Shown here one piece after another: positions 8,503-17,382 of a stretch of 30,000 nt of DNA (positions are counted from its first letter, which is position 1; each line of letters opens with the position of its first letter). The notes beneath the pieces are model-generated. The model searched no databases, was not told where the DNA came from, and saw only the letters and a list, made by a program, of their open reading frames with translations. The translations under genes were made by a program, and so were the position numbers. The stretch spans positions 2,376,423-2,406,422 of the forward strand of contig NZ_JAGRRD010000001.1 of the NCBI RefSeq assembly GCF_018122735.1, read 5' to 3'. The stretch is from Azoarcus sp. L1K30. GTDB taxonomy: Bacteria; Pseudomonadota; Gammaproteobacteria; Burkholderiales; Rhodocyclaceae.

Positions 8503-9888
8503 ATGAACAAAGTGTATGCCAATAGCACAGCCGCACTCGACGGCCTGCTCTTCGATGGCATGACCGTCGCCGCCGGAGGCTTCGGCCTGTGCGGCATCCC
8601 GGAAAATCTCATCAAGGGCCTGCTGGACGCCGGCACCCGCGAACTCACCATCATAGGCAACAACGCCGGTGTGGACGACTTCGGCATGGGACCGCTGCTC
8701 AAGACCCGCCAGGTGAAGAAAGTCGTCGCGTCATACGTCGGCGAGAACAAGGAGTTCGAGCGCCAGGTCCTGGCCGGTGAGCTGGAGCTGGAACTGGTGC
8801 CCCAAGGCACGCTGGCCGAGCGCCTGCGCGCAGGCGGCGCAGGCATCCCCGGCTTCTATACCCGCACCGCCTATGGCACCCTGCTCGCCCAGGGAAAGGA
8901 GACGCGCGAGTTCGACGGATTGAACTACGTCCTGGAGCCCGCCATCCGTGCCGACGTCTCCATCGTCAAGGCCTGGAAAGGCGACCATGCCGGCAACCTG
9001 GTGTTTCGCAAGACCGCGCGCAACTTCAACCCGATGATCGCCACCTGCGGACGGGTCACCATCGCCGAAGTCGAGGAACTGGTCGATACCGGCGCGCTCG
9101 ACCCCGATCAGATCCACGTGCCGGGCATCTACGTCGATCGCATCATCGAGGGCAGGAACTACCAGAAGCGCATCGAATTCCGCACCACCGCGGACGCCGC
9201 TCCCCCCGGCAAGCACGACCCGGCGCGCGAGCGCATGGCGCGGCGGGCAGCGCAGGAGTTGAAGAACGGCTATTACGTCAATCTGGGCATCGGCATTCCG
9301 ACCCTGGTCGCCAACTACATTCCGCACGACATCCACGTCACCCTGCAATCGGAGAACGGACTGCTCGGCATCGGCCCCTTTCCGAACGCGGACGAGGTCG
9401 ATGCCGATCTGATCAATGCCGGCAAGCAGACCATCACGAGCATTGCCGGCAGCAGCTTCTTCTCCAGCGCCGACTCCTTCGCCATGATCCGCGGCGGCCA
9501 CGTCGATCTGTCCATTCTGGGCGGTCTGGAGGTCTCGGCAAACGGCGACCTCGCCAACTGGATGGTGCCGGGCAAGATGGTCAAGGGGCCGGGCGGCGCC
9601 ATGGATCTGGTCTCCGGCGTTGGTCGTGTGATCGTGCTGATGGAGCACACCGCGAAGGACGGCGCGCCCAAGATCCTGCCCGCGTGCAATCTGCCCCTGA
9701 CCGGCAAGGGCGTGGTGGACATGATCATCACCGAGCTCTGTGTCTTCGTGGTGAACGATGGCGGCGGCCTGACGCTTGCCGAGCTTCAACCGGGCGTGAC
9801 GCTGGAGGAAGTGCAAGCGAAGACAGGATGTCCGTTCTCGCTTCCACGCCAGCTCGCATGGCGGCTCGCGCCCGAAATGCTGTCCTGA
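8503..9888 (+). CDS. 3-oxoacid (acetoacetate):succinyl-CoA transferase, A and B subunits fused in one polypeptide
   Basis: 461 aa. The N-terminal half has ScoA-type motifs: [25 protein letters not shown] and [24 protein letters not shown]. The C-terminal half has ScoB-type motifs, [12 protein letters not shown] and the catalytic-Glu motif LQSENGLLG. The halves are joined by a hydrophilic linker ([19 protein letters not shown]). Confidence 0.85.
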   Translation: MNKVYANSTAALDGLLFDGMTVAAGGFGLCGIPENLIKGLLDAGTRELTIIGNNAGVDDFGMGPLLKTRQVKKVVASYVGENKEFERQVLAGELELELVPQGTLAERLRAGGAGIPGFYTRTAYGTLLAQGKETREFDGLNYVLEPAIRADVSIVKAWKGDHAGNLVFRKTARNFNPMIATCGRVTIAEVEELVDTGALDPDQIHVPGIYVDRIIEGRNYQKRIEFRTTADAAPPGKHDPARERMARRAAQELKNGYYVNLGIGIPTLVANYIPHDIHVTLQSENGLLGIGPFPNADEVDADLINAGKQTITSIAGSSFFSSADSFAMIRGGHVDLSILGGLEVSANGDLANWMVPGKMVKGPGGAMDLVSGVGRVIVLMEHTAKDGAPKILPACNLPLTGKGVVDMIITELCVFVVNDGGGLTLAELQPGVTLEEVQAKTGCPFSLPRQLAWRLAPEMLS

Positions 9889-9889
9889 G

Positions 9890-10303
9890 ATGACTTCGGG
9901 GCATGCGAAGGGTCTGAAGATGCGCCGACGGGTCATGGGCAGCGATTTCGTTGCCCATGCCGCGCGAAGTACCAGCGCGTTCAGCCGCCCGCTTCAGGAC
10001 TTCATCAACGCACACGCCTGGGGCAGCGTCTGGTGCCGTGAAGGACTCGACCTCAAAACCCGGAGCCTGATCACGATTGCCATGCTGACCGCGCTGGGGC
10101 GTGGCCATGAGCTCGCGGGCCACGTGCGCGGCGCGCTGAACAACGGTGCAAGCCCGGGCGAGATTCAGGAAGTCCTGCTGCATTCGACCGTCTATTGCGG
10201 CGTACCACTGGCGGCCGAAGCCTTCCGTGTTGCCGAGCGCGTAGTCGGCGGCACACCCGACGGACGCGCCGGGCCCGGCGCCGGCACCCCCACGCCGCCC
10301 TGA
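9890..10303 (+). CDS. Carboxymuconolactone decarboxylase (CMD/PcaC/AhpD-like) family protein
   Basis: 137 aa. It has a PcaC-like core: FINAHAWGSVWCREGLDLKTRSLITIAMLTALGRGHELAGHVRGALNNGASPGEIQEVLLHSTVYCGVP. Its ATG lies 1 nt after the TGA of the CoA-transferase (TGAgATG), which suggests translational coupling. Confidence 0.8.
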   Translation: MTSGHAKGLKMRRRVMGSDFVAHAARSTSAFSRPLQDFINAHAWGSVWCREGLDLKTRSLITIAMLTALGRGHELAGHVRGALNNGASPGEIQEVLLHSTVYCGVPLAAEAFRVAERVVGGTPDGRAGPGAGTPTPP

Positions 10304-10536
10304 TACGGTCGCGTCCCGCACCGCGGGTCTTGCGCCGGGTCACGCGCCCGCACCGGGCCATCGTGCACCGACCACGGCAGGCCGCCCCTTCCCCGCGGCT
10401 CCCCCTGCGGCCAAATCCCGTGGCGAAACGCACGGCTGGGCGTCATTTAAAGGTAAACTTCCGCCTTTCGCCCTCGTGTCCTCGACCGCCCGACTGCCGT
10501 GCTGCCATCACTGCCCCACTCGCTGCAAACCGCCGC

Positions 10537-13500
10537 ATGACCGTGTTCGACACCTATTCCGAAGCGGATATCGCGACCTGGCTCGGCCAGCGCGAGCTGG
10601 AAAAGGGGCGTGCCTACGTGCGCGCCACGAGCGATTTGCAACTCGAGGGCGAACTGCTGACAGCGCAGGTGCAGGGAACGGTGCGCCTGCCATACAGGGT
10701 TGCGATCCGGATCAATCCGCACCCGCTCGCCGGGCGCACACTGCTGTCGTCCTGCAGCTGTCCGGTGGGCGGCAGCTGCAAGCATGTGGCCGCAACCCTG
10801 ATTGCGTGGCTCAACCGACGTCGCGACCCGAACCGCCCGCGCGAACAGGTGCTCGCCTGGGTGGACGCATTCCGGGCCGCGTCAGGTCAGTCTGCCGCCG
10901 TGGCTGCCCGCAATACCTCCACGACCCACGGTTTGCGCTACCTGATCCGCTTGCAGCCCGAAACCCGTCGATACGTCGTAAGCTGTTTCAAGGTCAGGCT
11001 CGACCGTCAGGGACAGATTCGCAGCGCGGAGAGCTGGAGCAACTTCGAGCGTGCGCTCGACGCGCCGCCTTCCTTCATCGACGACACCGACCTCGACATC
11101 CTGCGCCTGCTCTGGGCCCATCGTCCTCGCGGCATGCATGACGACACTGCGCTGCCGCTGGCGGGACGCAACGAACAAGCCTTGCTCGAGGCCCTGCTGG
11201 ACAGCGGTCGAGTGCACTTCGACGACCTGATGAGTCCCGTGCTCACTGCCGCCGCCGAACGGCCCGGACAGCTCGAATGGATCACCACCAGCGACGGTCG
11301 CCGTGCGCCGGCGCTGCGCGTCGAACCACCGGCCGAACTGGTCATGCCGCTGGTGCCGCCATGGTATGTGGAGCGCAAATCGAACCAGGCCGGGCCCATC
11401 ACGCTGCAAGCGCCGCCCGAACAGGTCGTCCGTCTGCTTGCGTTGCCACCGCTCACACCGGCCGAATCCGAACTCGTCGCCGAAACACTGCGTGAGCTGG
11501 CGCCGGCGCTGCCCGGCCCCGCCAGCAGCGACGCCCCCACGGTGCGCATCGGCGGCCCTGCCATTGCCGTGCTGCGCATTGGCTCGGCGGATGTATTCGG
11601 CGTCAGCTTCCGCAATTATCCGCGCTATGGCGTGGACATCTTCGACTACGCAACGCTGGCCTTCCGCTACGGCGCGCTCACCATCGACGCCCATGACACG
11701 GCCCTGTTCCATGCGCTGCCCGACGGACGCACCGCACGCCTCGAACGCGACGCCGAATTCGAAGCCGCCGCCGCGCGCCGCCTGACACGCTGCGGATTGA
11801 ACACCGTGCCGCCAGGCAAGGTCCAGACCGGTTACGACCTGCTGCCACCCAACATGCTGGGCCTGTCCGAGGAAGAGGACTGGGCGCACTTCACCGCGCG
11901 CGAGCTGCCGCTGCTGCGGGCCGAAGGCTGGGAAGTGGACATGCCTGCGGACTTCCGTCACCACGCGACGGACATCGACGACATCGTGCTCGACGTCGAC
12001 GAGGACGAGAACGGTTGGCTCGACATCTCACCCGGCATCGAAGTCGACGGCCGTCCGGTGGCACTCGCGCCGCTGCTATCGACCCTGTTTGCTCAAGACG
12101 GACGCTGGCTGTCGGGGGGCCTGGAGCAGATCGGCGACGACGAATCGATCTTTCTCCATCACGAAGAGCTGGGGCGGCTGCGCATCCCGGCCCGTCGCCT
12201 CAAACCACTGGTGCGCGCGCTGGTCGACCTGTTCGACAGCCCTGGCGACCCCATGCGTCTGCCCGCCTTCGACGCCGCTAGGCTGGCCGACCTCGAACTC
12301 CCGGGACGCGGTGCGGAGACCCTCGCTGCACTCGCCGCACGCATCCGCAACGCCGAAGGCATCAAGAGCGTGCGCACGCCGCGCGGTTTCAAGGCCGAGC
12401 TGCGCCCCTACCAGCTCGAAGGCCTGGCCTGGCTGCAGCATCTGGTACGACACAATCTCGCCGGCATCCTTGCCGACGACATGGGCCTGGGCAAGACCGC
12501 CCAGGCGCTCGCCCACCTGCTGACCGAAAAGCAGGCCGGACGCCTCGATCAGCCGGCGCTGGTCATCCTGCCGACCTCGCTGGTATTCAACTGGCAGGCC
12601 GAAGCCAAGCGTTTCGCGCCGCGGCTGAAGGTACTGAACCTGCACGGCGCCGACCGCCACGCCCGCTTCGACGAGCTAGACGGTGTCGATGTGGCGCTCA
12701 CCACCTATCCTTTGCTGTGGCGCGATGCCGAAGCGCTGCAGGCGCGAGAATGGAGCCTGCTCATTCTGGACGAGGCGCAGACAGTGAAGAACGCCGCCAG
12801 CAAGGGGGCGCAGGTGATTCGACAGATTCGCGCCCGGCATCGCCTGGGCCTGACGGGCACCCCGCTGGAAAACCACCTCGGCGAATTGTGGGCGCAATTC
12901 GACTTTCTCCTCCCTGGCTTTCTTGGCGACCTCAAGCAGTTCACACGCGTCTGGCGCACGCCGATCGAAAAGCACGGCGACACCGTGCGCCGCGACCTCC
13001 TTGCCGCCCGCCTCAAGCCCTTCATCCTGCGCCGGCGCAAGGAGGACGTAGCGACCGAACTGCCCCCCAAGACCATCATCGTGCGCAGCGTCGCGCTCGA
13101 GGGCGGCCAGCGCGACCTGTACGAAACCGTGCGCGCAGCGATGAACGAGAAGATCCGCGGCGAGATCGCCAGCAGGGGATTCGCCCGCAGCCAGATCGTC
13201 ATTCTCGATGCGCTGCTCAAACTGCGCCAGGTGTGCTGCGACCCGCGCCTGCTCAAGTCTCCCGCCGCGGCACGTGTCGCCGAGCGCGCCAAGCTCGACA
13301 TGCTGATGGACATGCTGCCCGAACTGATCGATGAAGGCCGCCGCATACTGGTGTTCTCCCAGTTCACCCAGATGCTGTCGCTGATTGCCGCGGAGCTGGA
13401 CGCAGCCCAGATCGGCTGGGTCAGCCTCACCGGCGACACCCGCGACCGCCGCATCCCGGTGGAGGATTTTCAGAAAGGCCGTGCGCCGGTGTTCCTGATC

Positions 13501-13809
13501 AGCCTCAAGGCCGGTGGCGTCGGCCTCAACCTGACGGCGGCCGACACCGTGATCCATTACGACCCGTGGTGGAATCCGGCGGCGGAGAACCAGGCCACCG
13601 ACCGCGCCCATCGCATCGGCCAGGACAAGCCGGTGTTCGTGTTCAAACTCATCTGCGCCGGCAGCATCGAAGAGCGCATCCTCAACCTGCAGGACAAGAA
13701 AGCCGCACTCGCAGCGGGTGTGCTGTCGGAAGACGGCAACGCACTGGCGAAGTTCGGCGAAGCGGACATCGCGGCACTGCTCGCACCACTTCCCGCGGTC
13801 AGAAAATAG
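10537..13809 (+). CDS. SWIM zinc-finger / SNF2-family (DEAD/DEAH-like) helicase
   Basis: The track ORF (10195-13809) begins with an Arg-rich stretch that overlaps the previous gene. The first ATG with sensible sequence is 10537 (MTVFDTYSEADI). The SWIM motif is CSCPVGGSCKHVAA. SNF2 motifs are ADDMGLGKT, LILDEAQTVKN and LTGTPLENHLGELW. Helicase-C motifs are LKAGGVGLNLT and QATDRAHRIGQ. Confidence 0.85.
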   Translation: MTVFDTYSEADIATWLGQRELEKGRAYVRATSDLQLEGELLTAQVQGTVRLPYRVAIRINPHPLAGRTLLSSCSCPVGGSCKHVAATLIAWLNRRRDPNRPREQVLAWVDAFRAASGQSAAVAARNTSTTHGLRYLIRLQPETRRYVVSCFKVRLDRQGQIRSAESWSNFERALDAPPSFIDDTDLDILRLLWAHRPRGMHDDTALPLAGRNEQALLEALLDSGRVHFDDLMSPVLTAAAERPGQLEWITTSDGRRAPALRVEPPAELVMPLVPPWYVERKSNQAGPITLQAPPEQVVRLLALPPLTPAESELVAETLRELAPALPGPASSDAPTVRIGGPAIAVLRIGSADVFGVSFRNYPRYGVDIFDYATLAFRYGALTIDAHDTALFHALPDGRTARLERDAEFEAAAARRLTRCGLNTVPPGKVQTGYDLLPPNMLGLSEEEDWAHFTARELPLLRAEGWEVDMPADFRHHATDIDDIVLDVDEDENGWLDISPGIEVDGRPVALAPLLSTLFAQDGRWLSGGLEQIGDDESIFLHHEELGRLRIPARRLKPLVRALVDLFDSPGDPMRLPAFDAARLADLELPGRGAETLAALAARIRNAEGIKSVRTPRGFKAELRPYQLEGLAWLQHLVRHNLAGILADDMGLGKTAQALAHLLTEKQAGRLDQPALVILPTSLVFNWQAEAKRFAPRLKVLNLHGADRHARFDELDGVDVALTTYPLLWRDAEALQAREWSLLILDEAQTVKNAASKGAQVIRQIRARHRLGLTGTPLENHLGELWAQFDFLLPGFLGDLKQFTRVWRTPIEKHGDTVRRDLLAARLKPFILRRRKEDVATELPPKTIIVRSVALEGGQRDLYETVRAAMNEKIRGEIASRGFARSQIVILDALLKLRQVCCDPRLLKSPAAARVAERAKLDMLMDMLPELIDEGRRILVFSQFTQMLSLIAAELDAAQIGWVSLTGDTRDRRIPVEDFQKGRAPVFLISLKAGGVGLNLTAADTVIHYDPWWNPAAENQATDRAHRIGQDKPVFVFKLICAGSIEERILNLQDKKAALAAGVLSEDGNALAKFGEADIAALLAPLPAVRK

Positions 13810-13848
13810 CACCTCCGCCGGGCGCGACCGAAGGGTGGCCGTCAGTCC

Positions 13849-14232
13849 TCAGGCACGGAAAGCGTTGAACAGGCTGTACCCGGCCCACGTCATCAGGACC
13901 GACCCCGCCACATGCACCACGAGGTGCGCGCCGAACCACATCCATGCGCCGCGCTGGGCAAGATGAAAAGCCTCTGCCGAGAAGGTCGAGAACGTGGTCA
14001 GCCCGCCGAGCAGACCGGTCGTCAGCATGAGCTTGACGGCTGGTGACAGGGACGGCTGCGAATGCACCAGTGCAAGTGCCAGCCCCATCAGGAAACCGCC
14101 GGCGAGATTTGCCACCAGCGTACCGAGCGGCACCAGGACAAATACGGGGTTGAGCAGCACACCCAGACCCCAGCGCAGCCACGCCCCGCATGCGGCGCCC
14201 AGGCCGACGGCGGCAAAAGCAGAAATATTCAT
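13849..14232 (-). CDS. crcB: Fluoride ion channel CrcB/FluC
   Basis: 127 aa with four hydrophobic segments. It carries typical CrcB motifs: GTLVANLAGGFLMG and LLGGLTTFSTFSAE. Confidence 0.9.
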   Translation of the reverse strand: MNISAFAAVGLGAACGAWLRWGLGVLLNPVFVLVPLGTLVANLAGGFLMGLALALVHSQPSLSPAVKLMLTTGLLGGLTTFSTFSAEAFHLAQRGAWMWFGAHLVVHVAGSVLMTWAGYSLFNAFRA

Positions 14233-14263
14233 GACCCGATTCCAGAATCTTTACCGCAGTCTA

Positions 14264-15391
14264 TCAGCCGGCGGCGGGAGCCTGCGCCACCGCCACGGTA
14301 TCGATAGCACTCTCCAGGTGCACGGTACGGGTGGGGAATGCAATTTCGGCACCATGACGGGCGACGATATCGGCAATCTTCAACATGACATCCTGCTTGA
14401 CCTCGTGGAAGGCCACCCACCCCGTCGTCACCGTGAAGGTGTACACCATGATGTCCAGCGACGATGCCGCAAACTGGGTGAAATTGACGATCATGGTCTG
14501 CGCCTGGTCGATCTCCGGATGCTCACGCAGCATGCGCTTGATGTCGGCTACCACGTCCGCCACCTTGTCGATGTCCGCATAGCGCAAGCCTACCGTTTCA
14601 TAGATGCGGCGGTTGCTCATGCGCGACGGGTTTTCGACCGTAATCTGGGTGAAGATGGCGTTGGGCACGTATAACGGGCGCTTGTCGAAAGTGCGGATGC
14701 GCGTCAGACGCCAGCCGATCTCCTCCACCGTCCCCTCGATCTCCTTGTCGGACGAGCGGATCCATTCGCCGACGACGAAGGGGCGATCCAGATACACCAT
14801 CAGTCCGCCGAAGAAGTTCGCCAGCATGTCCTTGGCCGCAAAGCCCACGGCAATGCCGCCGATGCCGCCAAAGGCGAGCACGCCGGAGATCGAGAAGCCG
14901 AGGCTTTGCAAGCCCACGAGCACGGCGGTGATCAGTACCGACACACGTAACAGCTTGCCAATGGCGTCGACGGTGGTGCGGTCGATGGACTCGCCCCGTG
15001 CCATGCGCTGCTTGATCACCCCATCCTGCACGTTGGAGATGAAGCACACCAGGAACCAGGTCAGGCAGGCAATCACGCCCACCGTGCGGATCGGACCCAC
15101 GGCTTCGAACAACGCGGCATCGGCATGGCTCTGGACCATGCGCGCGGCGAAGGCAAGCCCGATGATCCAGGCCATCAGCGCCATCGGCTTGCGCGCCGCG
15201 GACACCAGCGCATTGTCCCAGGGGGTCGCCGTCAGGCGGGTGCGCTCGTCGAGTCGCGCCAGCACACGGCGCAGAAAGAAATTCGCCACCACCACCGCCA
15301 GTACGACGATGAAGACCTGCAACACAAGTGCCAGCAAGGCATCGCCACCAGTCAAGCGGGCCAGCCAGCCGTCCAGAAATTCGGGGTTCAT
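14264..15391 (-). CDS. Mechanosensitive ion channel, MscS family
   Basis: 375 aa with N-terminal TM helices. The pore-helix region GVLAFGGIGGIAVGFAAKDMLANFFGGLMVYLDRPFVVGEWI is characteristic of MscS-like channels. The gene ends 31 nt upstream of crcB on the same strand. Confidence 0.85.
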   Translation of the reverse strand: MNPEFLDGWLARLTGGDALLALVLQVFIVVLAVVVANFFLRRVLARLDERTRLTATPWDNALVSAARKPMALMAWIIGLAFAARMVQSHADAALFEAVGPIRTVGVIACLTWFLVCFISNVQDGVIKQRMARGESIDRTTVDAIGKLLRVSVLITAVLVGLQSLGFSISGVLAFGGIGGIAVGFAAKDMLANFFGGLMVYLDRPFVVGEWIRSSDKEIEGTVEEIGWRLTRIRTFDKRPLYVPNAIFTQITVENPSRMSNRRIYETVGLRYADIDKVADVVADIKRMLREHPEIDQAQTMIVNFTQFAASSLDIMVYTFTVTTGWVAFHEVKQDVMLKIADIVARHGAEIAFPTRTVHLESAIDTVAVAQAPAAG

Positions 15392-15550
15392 GAGTCACAC
15401 ACGACAGGAAAACACCCGCCATTGTACCGAAGCCCTGCGGCCTGCCCGGACACGATCAGCCGCCAAGCGCGGTGCATCGGCTACAATTTCGCCCAGACGC
15501 CAGATCAACCCGGTGCAGCCCGCACCGCAACCCCGGATCCGCCCCACTCG

Positions 15551-17290
15551 ATGAACCCGAATGACACCAAGGCCACAGCGGCCCCTGCAAGCAATTTCAT
15601 CCGCAACATCATTGACGAGGACAATCGCAGCGGCAAATGGGCCGGCCGCGTGGAAACCCGCTTTCCGCCCGAGCCCAACGGCTACCTGCACTATGGTCAC
15701 GCCAAGTCGATCTGCCTGAACTTCGGCCTCGCCGAAACCTATGGTGGCGCATGCCATCTGCGTTTCGACGACACCAACCCGGAGAAAGAGGAGCAGGAGT
15801 ACGTCGACTCGATCATCGAGGCCGTGCAGTGGCTCGGTTTCGGCTGGGGAAAGCACCTGTACTTCGCCTCCGACTATTTCGACGTCATGTATGCGTGCGC
15901 GGTGTCGCTGATCAAGGCCGGCAAGGCCTACGTCGATTCGCAGTCGGCAGACGAAATGCGTGCCAATCGCGGCACACTGACCGCACCCGGCATCGACAGC
16001 CCCTGGCGCAACCGCAGCGTGGCGGAGAACCTCGATCTCTTCGCCCGCATGCGCGCGGGCGAGTTCGAAGAGGGCAGCCATATCCTGCGGGCGAAGATCG
16101 ACATGGCCAGCCCCAACATCAATCTGCGCGATCCGGCGATCTACCGCATCCGCAAGGCCACGCATCACCGCACCGGCGACAATTGGTGCATCTATCCGAT
16201 GTACACCTTCGCCCATCCGATCGAAGACGCCATCGAAAGCGTGACCCATTCGATCTGCACGCTCGAATTCGCCGACCAGCGCCCGTTCTACGACTGGCTG
16301 CTCGATGCGCTGGCCACGGCCGGGCATTTCCCCCGCCCGCTGCCGCAGCAGATCGAATTTGCCCGCCTCAACCTGACCTATGTCGTGCTTTCCAAGCGCA
16401 AGCTGATCCAGCTCGTCGACGAAGGTCATGTCGACGGCTGGGACGACCCGCGCCTGCCGACCCTTGTCGGCGCACGCCGCCGCGGCTTCACGCCCGAAGG
16501 CTTCCGCCTGTTCGCCGAGCGCATCGGGGTCTCCAAGGGAGACGCCTGGATCGACATGAGTGTGCTCGAGGAATGCATGCGCGAACACCTCAACGACAGC
16601 GCACCGCGCCGGGTGGCAGTGCTCGACCCGCTCAAGCTCGAGCTGACCAATTATCCTGTCGGCGACAGCGAGTTGTGCCATGCCCCGAACCACCCCCTCA
16701 AACCCGAACTGGGTAAGCGCGAAATGCCGTTCGGGCGGGAACTGTGGATCGAGCGCGAGGATTTCATGGAAGAGCCTTCCAAAGGTTTCCATCGTCTCTA
16801 CCCGGGCAATACCGTGCGCCTGCGCTACGGCTACGTGGTGAAATGCACCGGTTTCGAAAAGGACGCCGAAGGCCGTGTCACCAAGGTGCTGGCCGAATAC
16901 ATGCCCGATTCGAAGTCGGGCACTCCCGGCGCCGACAACTACAAGGTCAAGGGTAACCTGCACTGGGTATCGGCCGAGCGCGGCTACGCGACCGAGATCC
17001 GCCTCTACGACCGCCTGTTCGCGCATCCGCATCCGGGTCAGCGCCGCGAAGGCGATGCCGAGGGCATGGAGCGCAATTTCCTTGACGACATCAATCCGGA
17101 ATCGAAGCAGGTCCTCACCGCCTGGCTCGAACCTGCGCTGCGGGCGGCCCGTGCCGAAGAGCACTTCCAGTTCGAACGCCACGGCTACTTCGTGGCCGAC
17201 CGTGTCGACTCACAGGACGGCAGCCCCGTGTTCAACCGCACCGTGACGCTCAAGGACTCGTGGGCCAAGGCGGGGCAGAAGGGGCGCTGA
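15551..17290 (+). CDS. glnS: Glutaminyl-tRNA synthetase
   Basis: The track ORF (15125-17290) is over-extended. The ATG at 15551 gives MNPNDTKATAAPASNFIRNIIDED. Class-I motifs are present: HIGH as PNGYLHYGHAKS and KMSKS as VLSKRK. The product is ~579 aa. Confidence 0.92.
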   Translation: MNPNDTKATAAPASNFIRNIIDEDNRSGKWAGRVETRFPPEPNGYLHYGHAKSICLNFGLAETYGGACHLRFDDTNPEKEEQEYVDSIIEAVQWLGFGWGKHLYFASDYFDVMYACAVSLIKAGKAYVDSQSADEMRANRGTLTAPGIDSPWRNRSVAENLDLFARMRAGEFEEGSHILRAKIDMASPNINLRDPAIYRIRKATHHRTGDNWCIYPMYTFAHPIEDAIESVTHSICTLEFADQRPFYDWLLDALATAGHFPRPLPQQIEFARLNLTYVVLSKRKLIQLVDEGHVDGWDDPRLPTLVGARRRGFTPEGFRLFAERIGVSKGDAWIDMSVLEECMREHLNDSAPRRVAVLDPLKLELTNYPVGDSELCHAPNHPLKPELGKREMPFGRELWIEREDFMEEPSKGFHRLYPGNTVRLRYGYVVKCTGFEKDAEGRVTKVLAEYMPDSKSGTPGADNYKVKGNLHWVSAERGYATEIRLYDRLFAHPHPGQRREGDAEGMERNFLDDINPESKQVLTAWLEPALRAARAEEHFQFERHGYFVADRVDSQDGSPVFNRTVTLKDSWAKAGQKGR

Positions 17291-17305
17291 GACAACGGTG
17301 AAGGC

Positions 17306-17325
17306 GGCGCCCGCAAGCGGGCGCC
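17306..17325 (+). terminator. GC hairpin downstream of glnS
   Basis: GGCGCCCG-caag-CGGGCGCC forms an 8-bp perfect stem, 15 nt after the glnS stop. No U-tract follows. Confidence 0.35.
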
Positions 17326-17382
17326 AACCTGCGGCGCAGAACGACACAGCTGCCCATTCGACGCACTGACGGATTTCCAGCC

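Noticed and set aside
10195-10536. N-terminal over-extensions of track ORFs, including the Arg-rich 114 aa before the SNF2 helicase. The same issue affects 15125-15550 (glnS), 18503-18550, 20343-20474, 21574-21681, 23243-23467 (terC) and 27968-28108 (dctP).
   Set aside because: The extensions overlap upstream genes or regulatory RNA and have an Arg/Pro-rich composition unlike real protein. Internal starts give canonical family N-termini, often with a good RBS.
15482-15487. A TACAAT -10-like hexamer 64 nt upstream of glnS.
   Set aside because: No matching -35 (gccgcc at 17-nt spacing) or extended -10 TG is present, so support is insufficient.
15392-15550. A possible fluoride (crcB-motif) riboswitch upstream of the mscS-crcB pair. 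The minus strand contains GCCGAUGCACCGCGCUUGGCGGCUGAUCGUGUCC.
   Set aside because: Only fragments resemble the consensus (GAUG and GGCUGAU). The P3 hairpin, the AAAC-type linker and a convincing pseudoknot complement are missing, and no adjacent terminator is evident. A covariance-model search would settle it. I would expect no significant hit.
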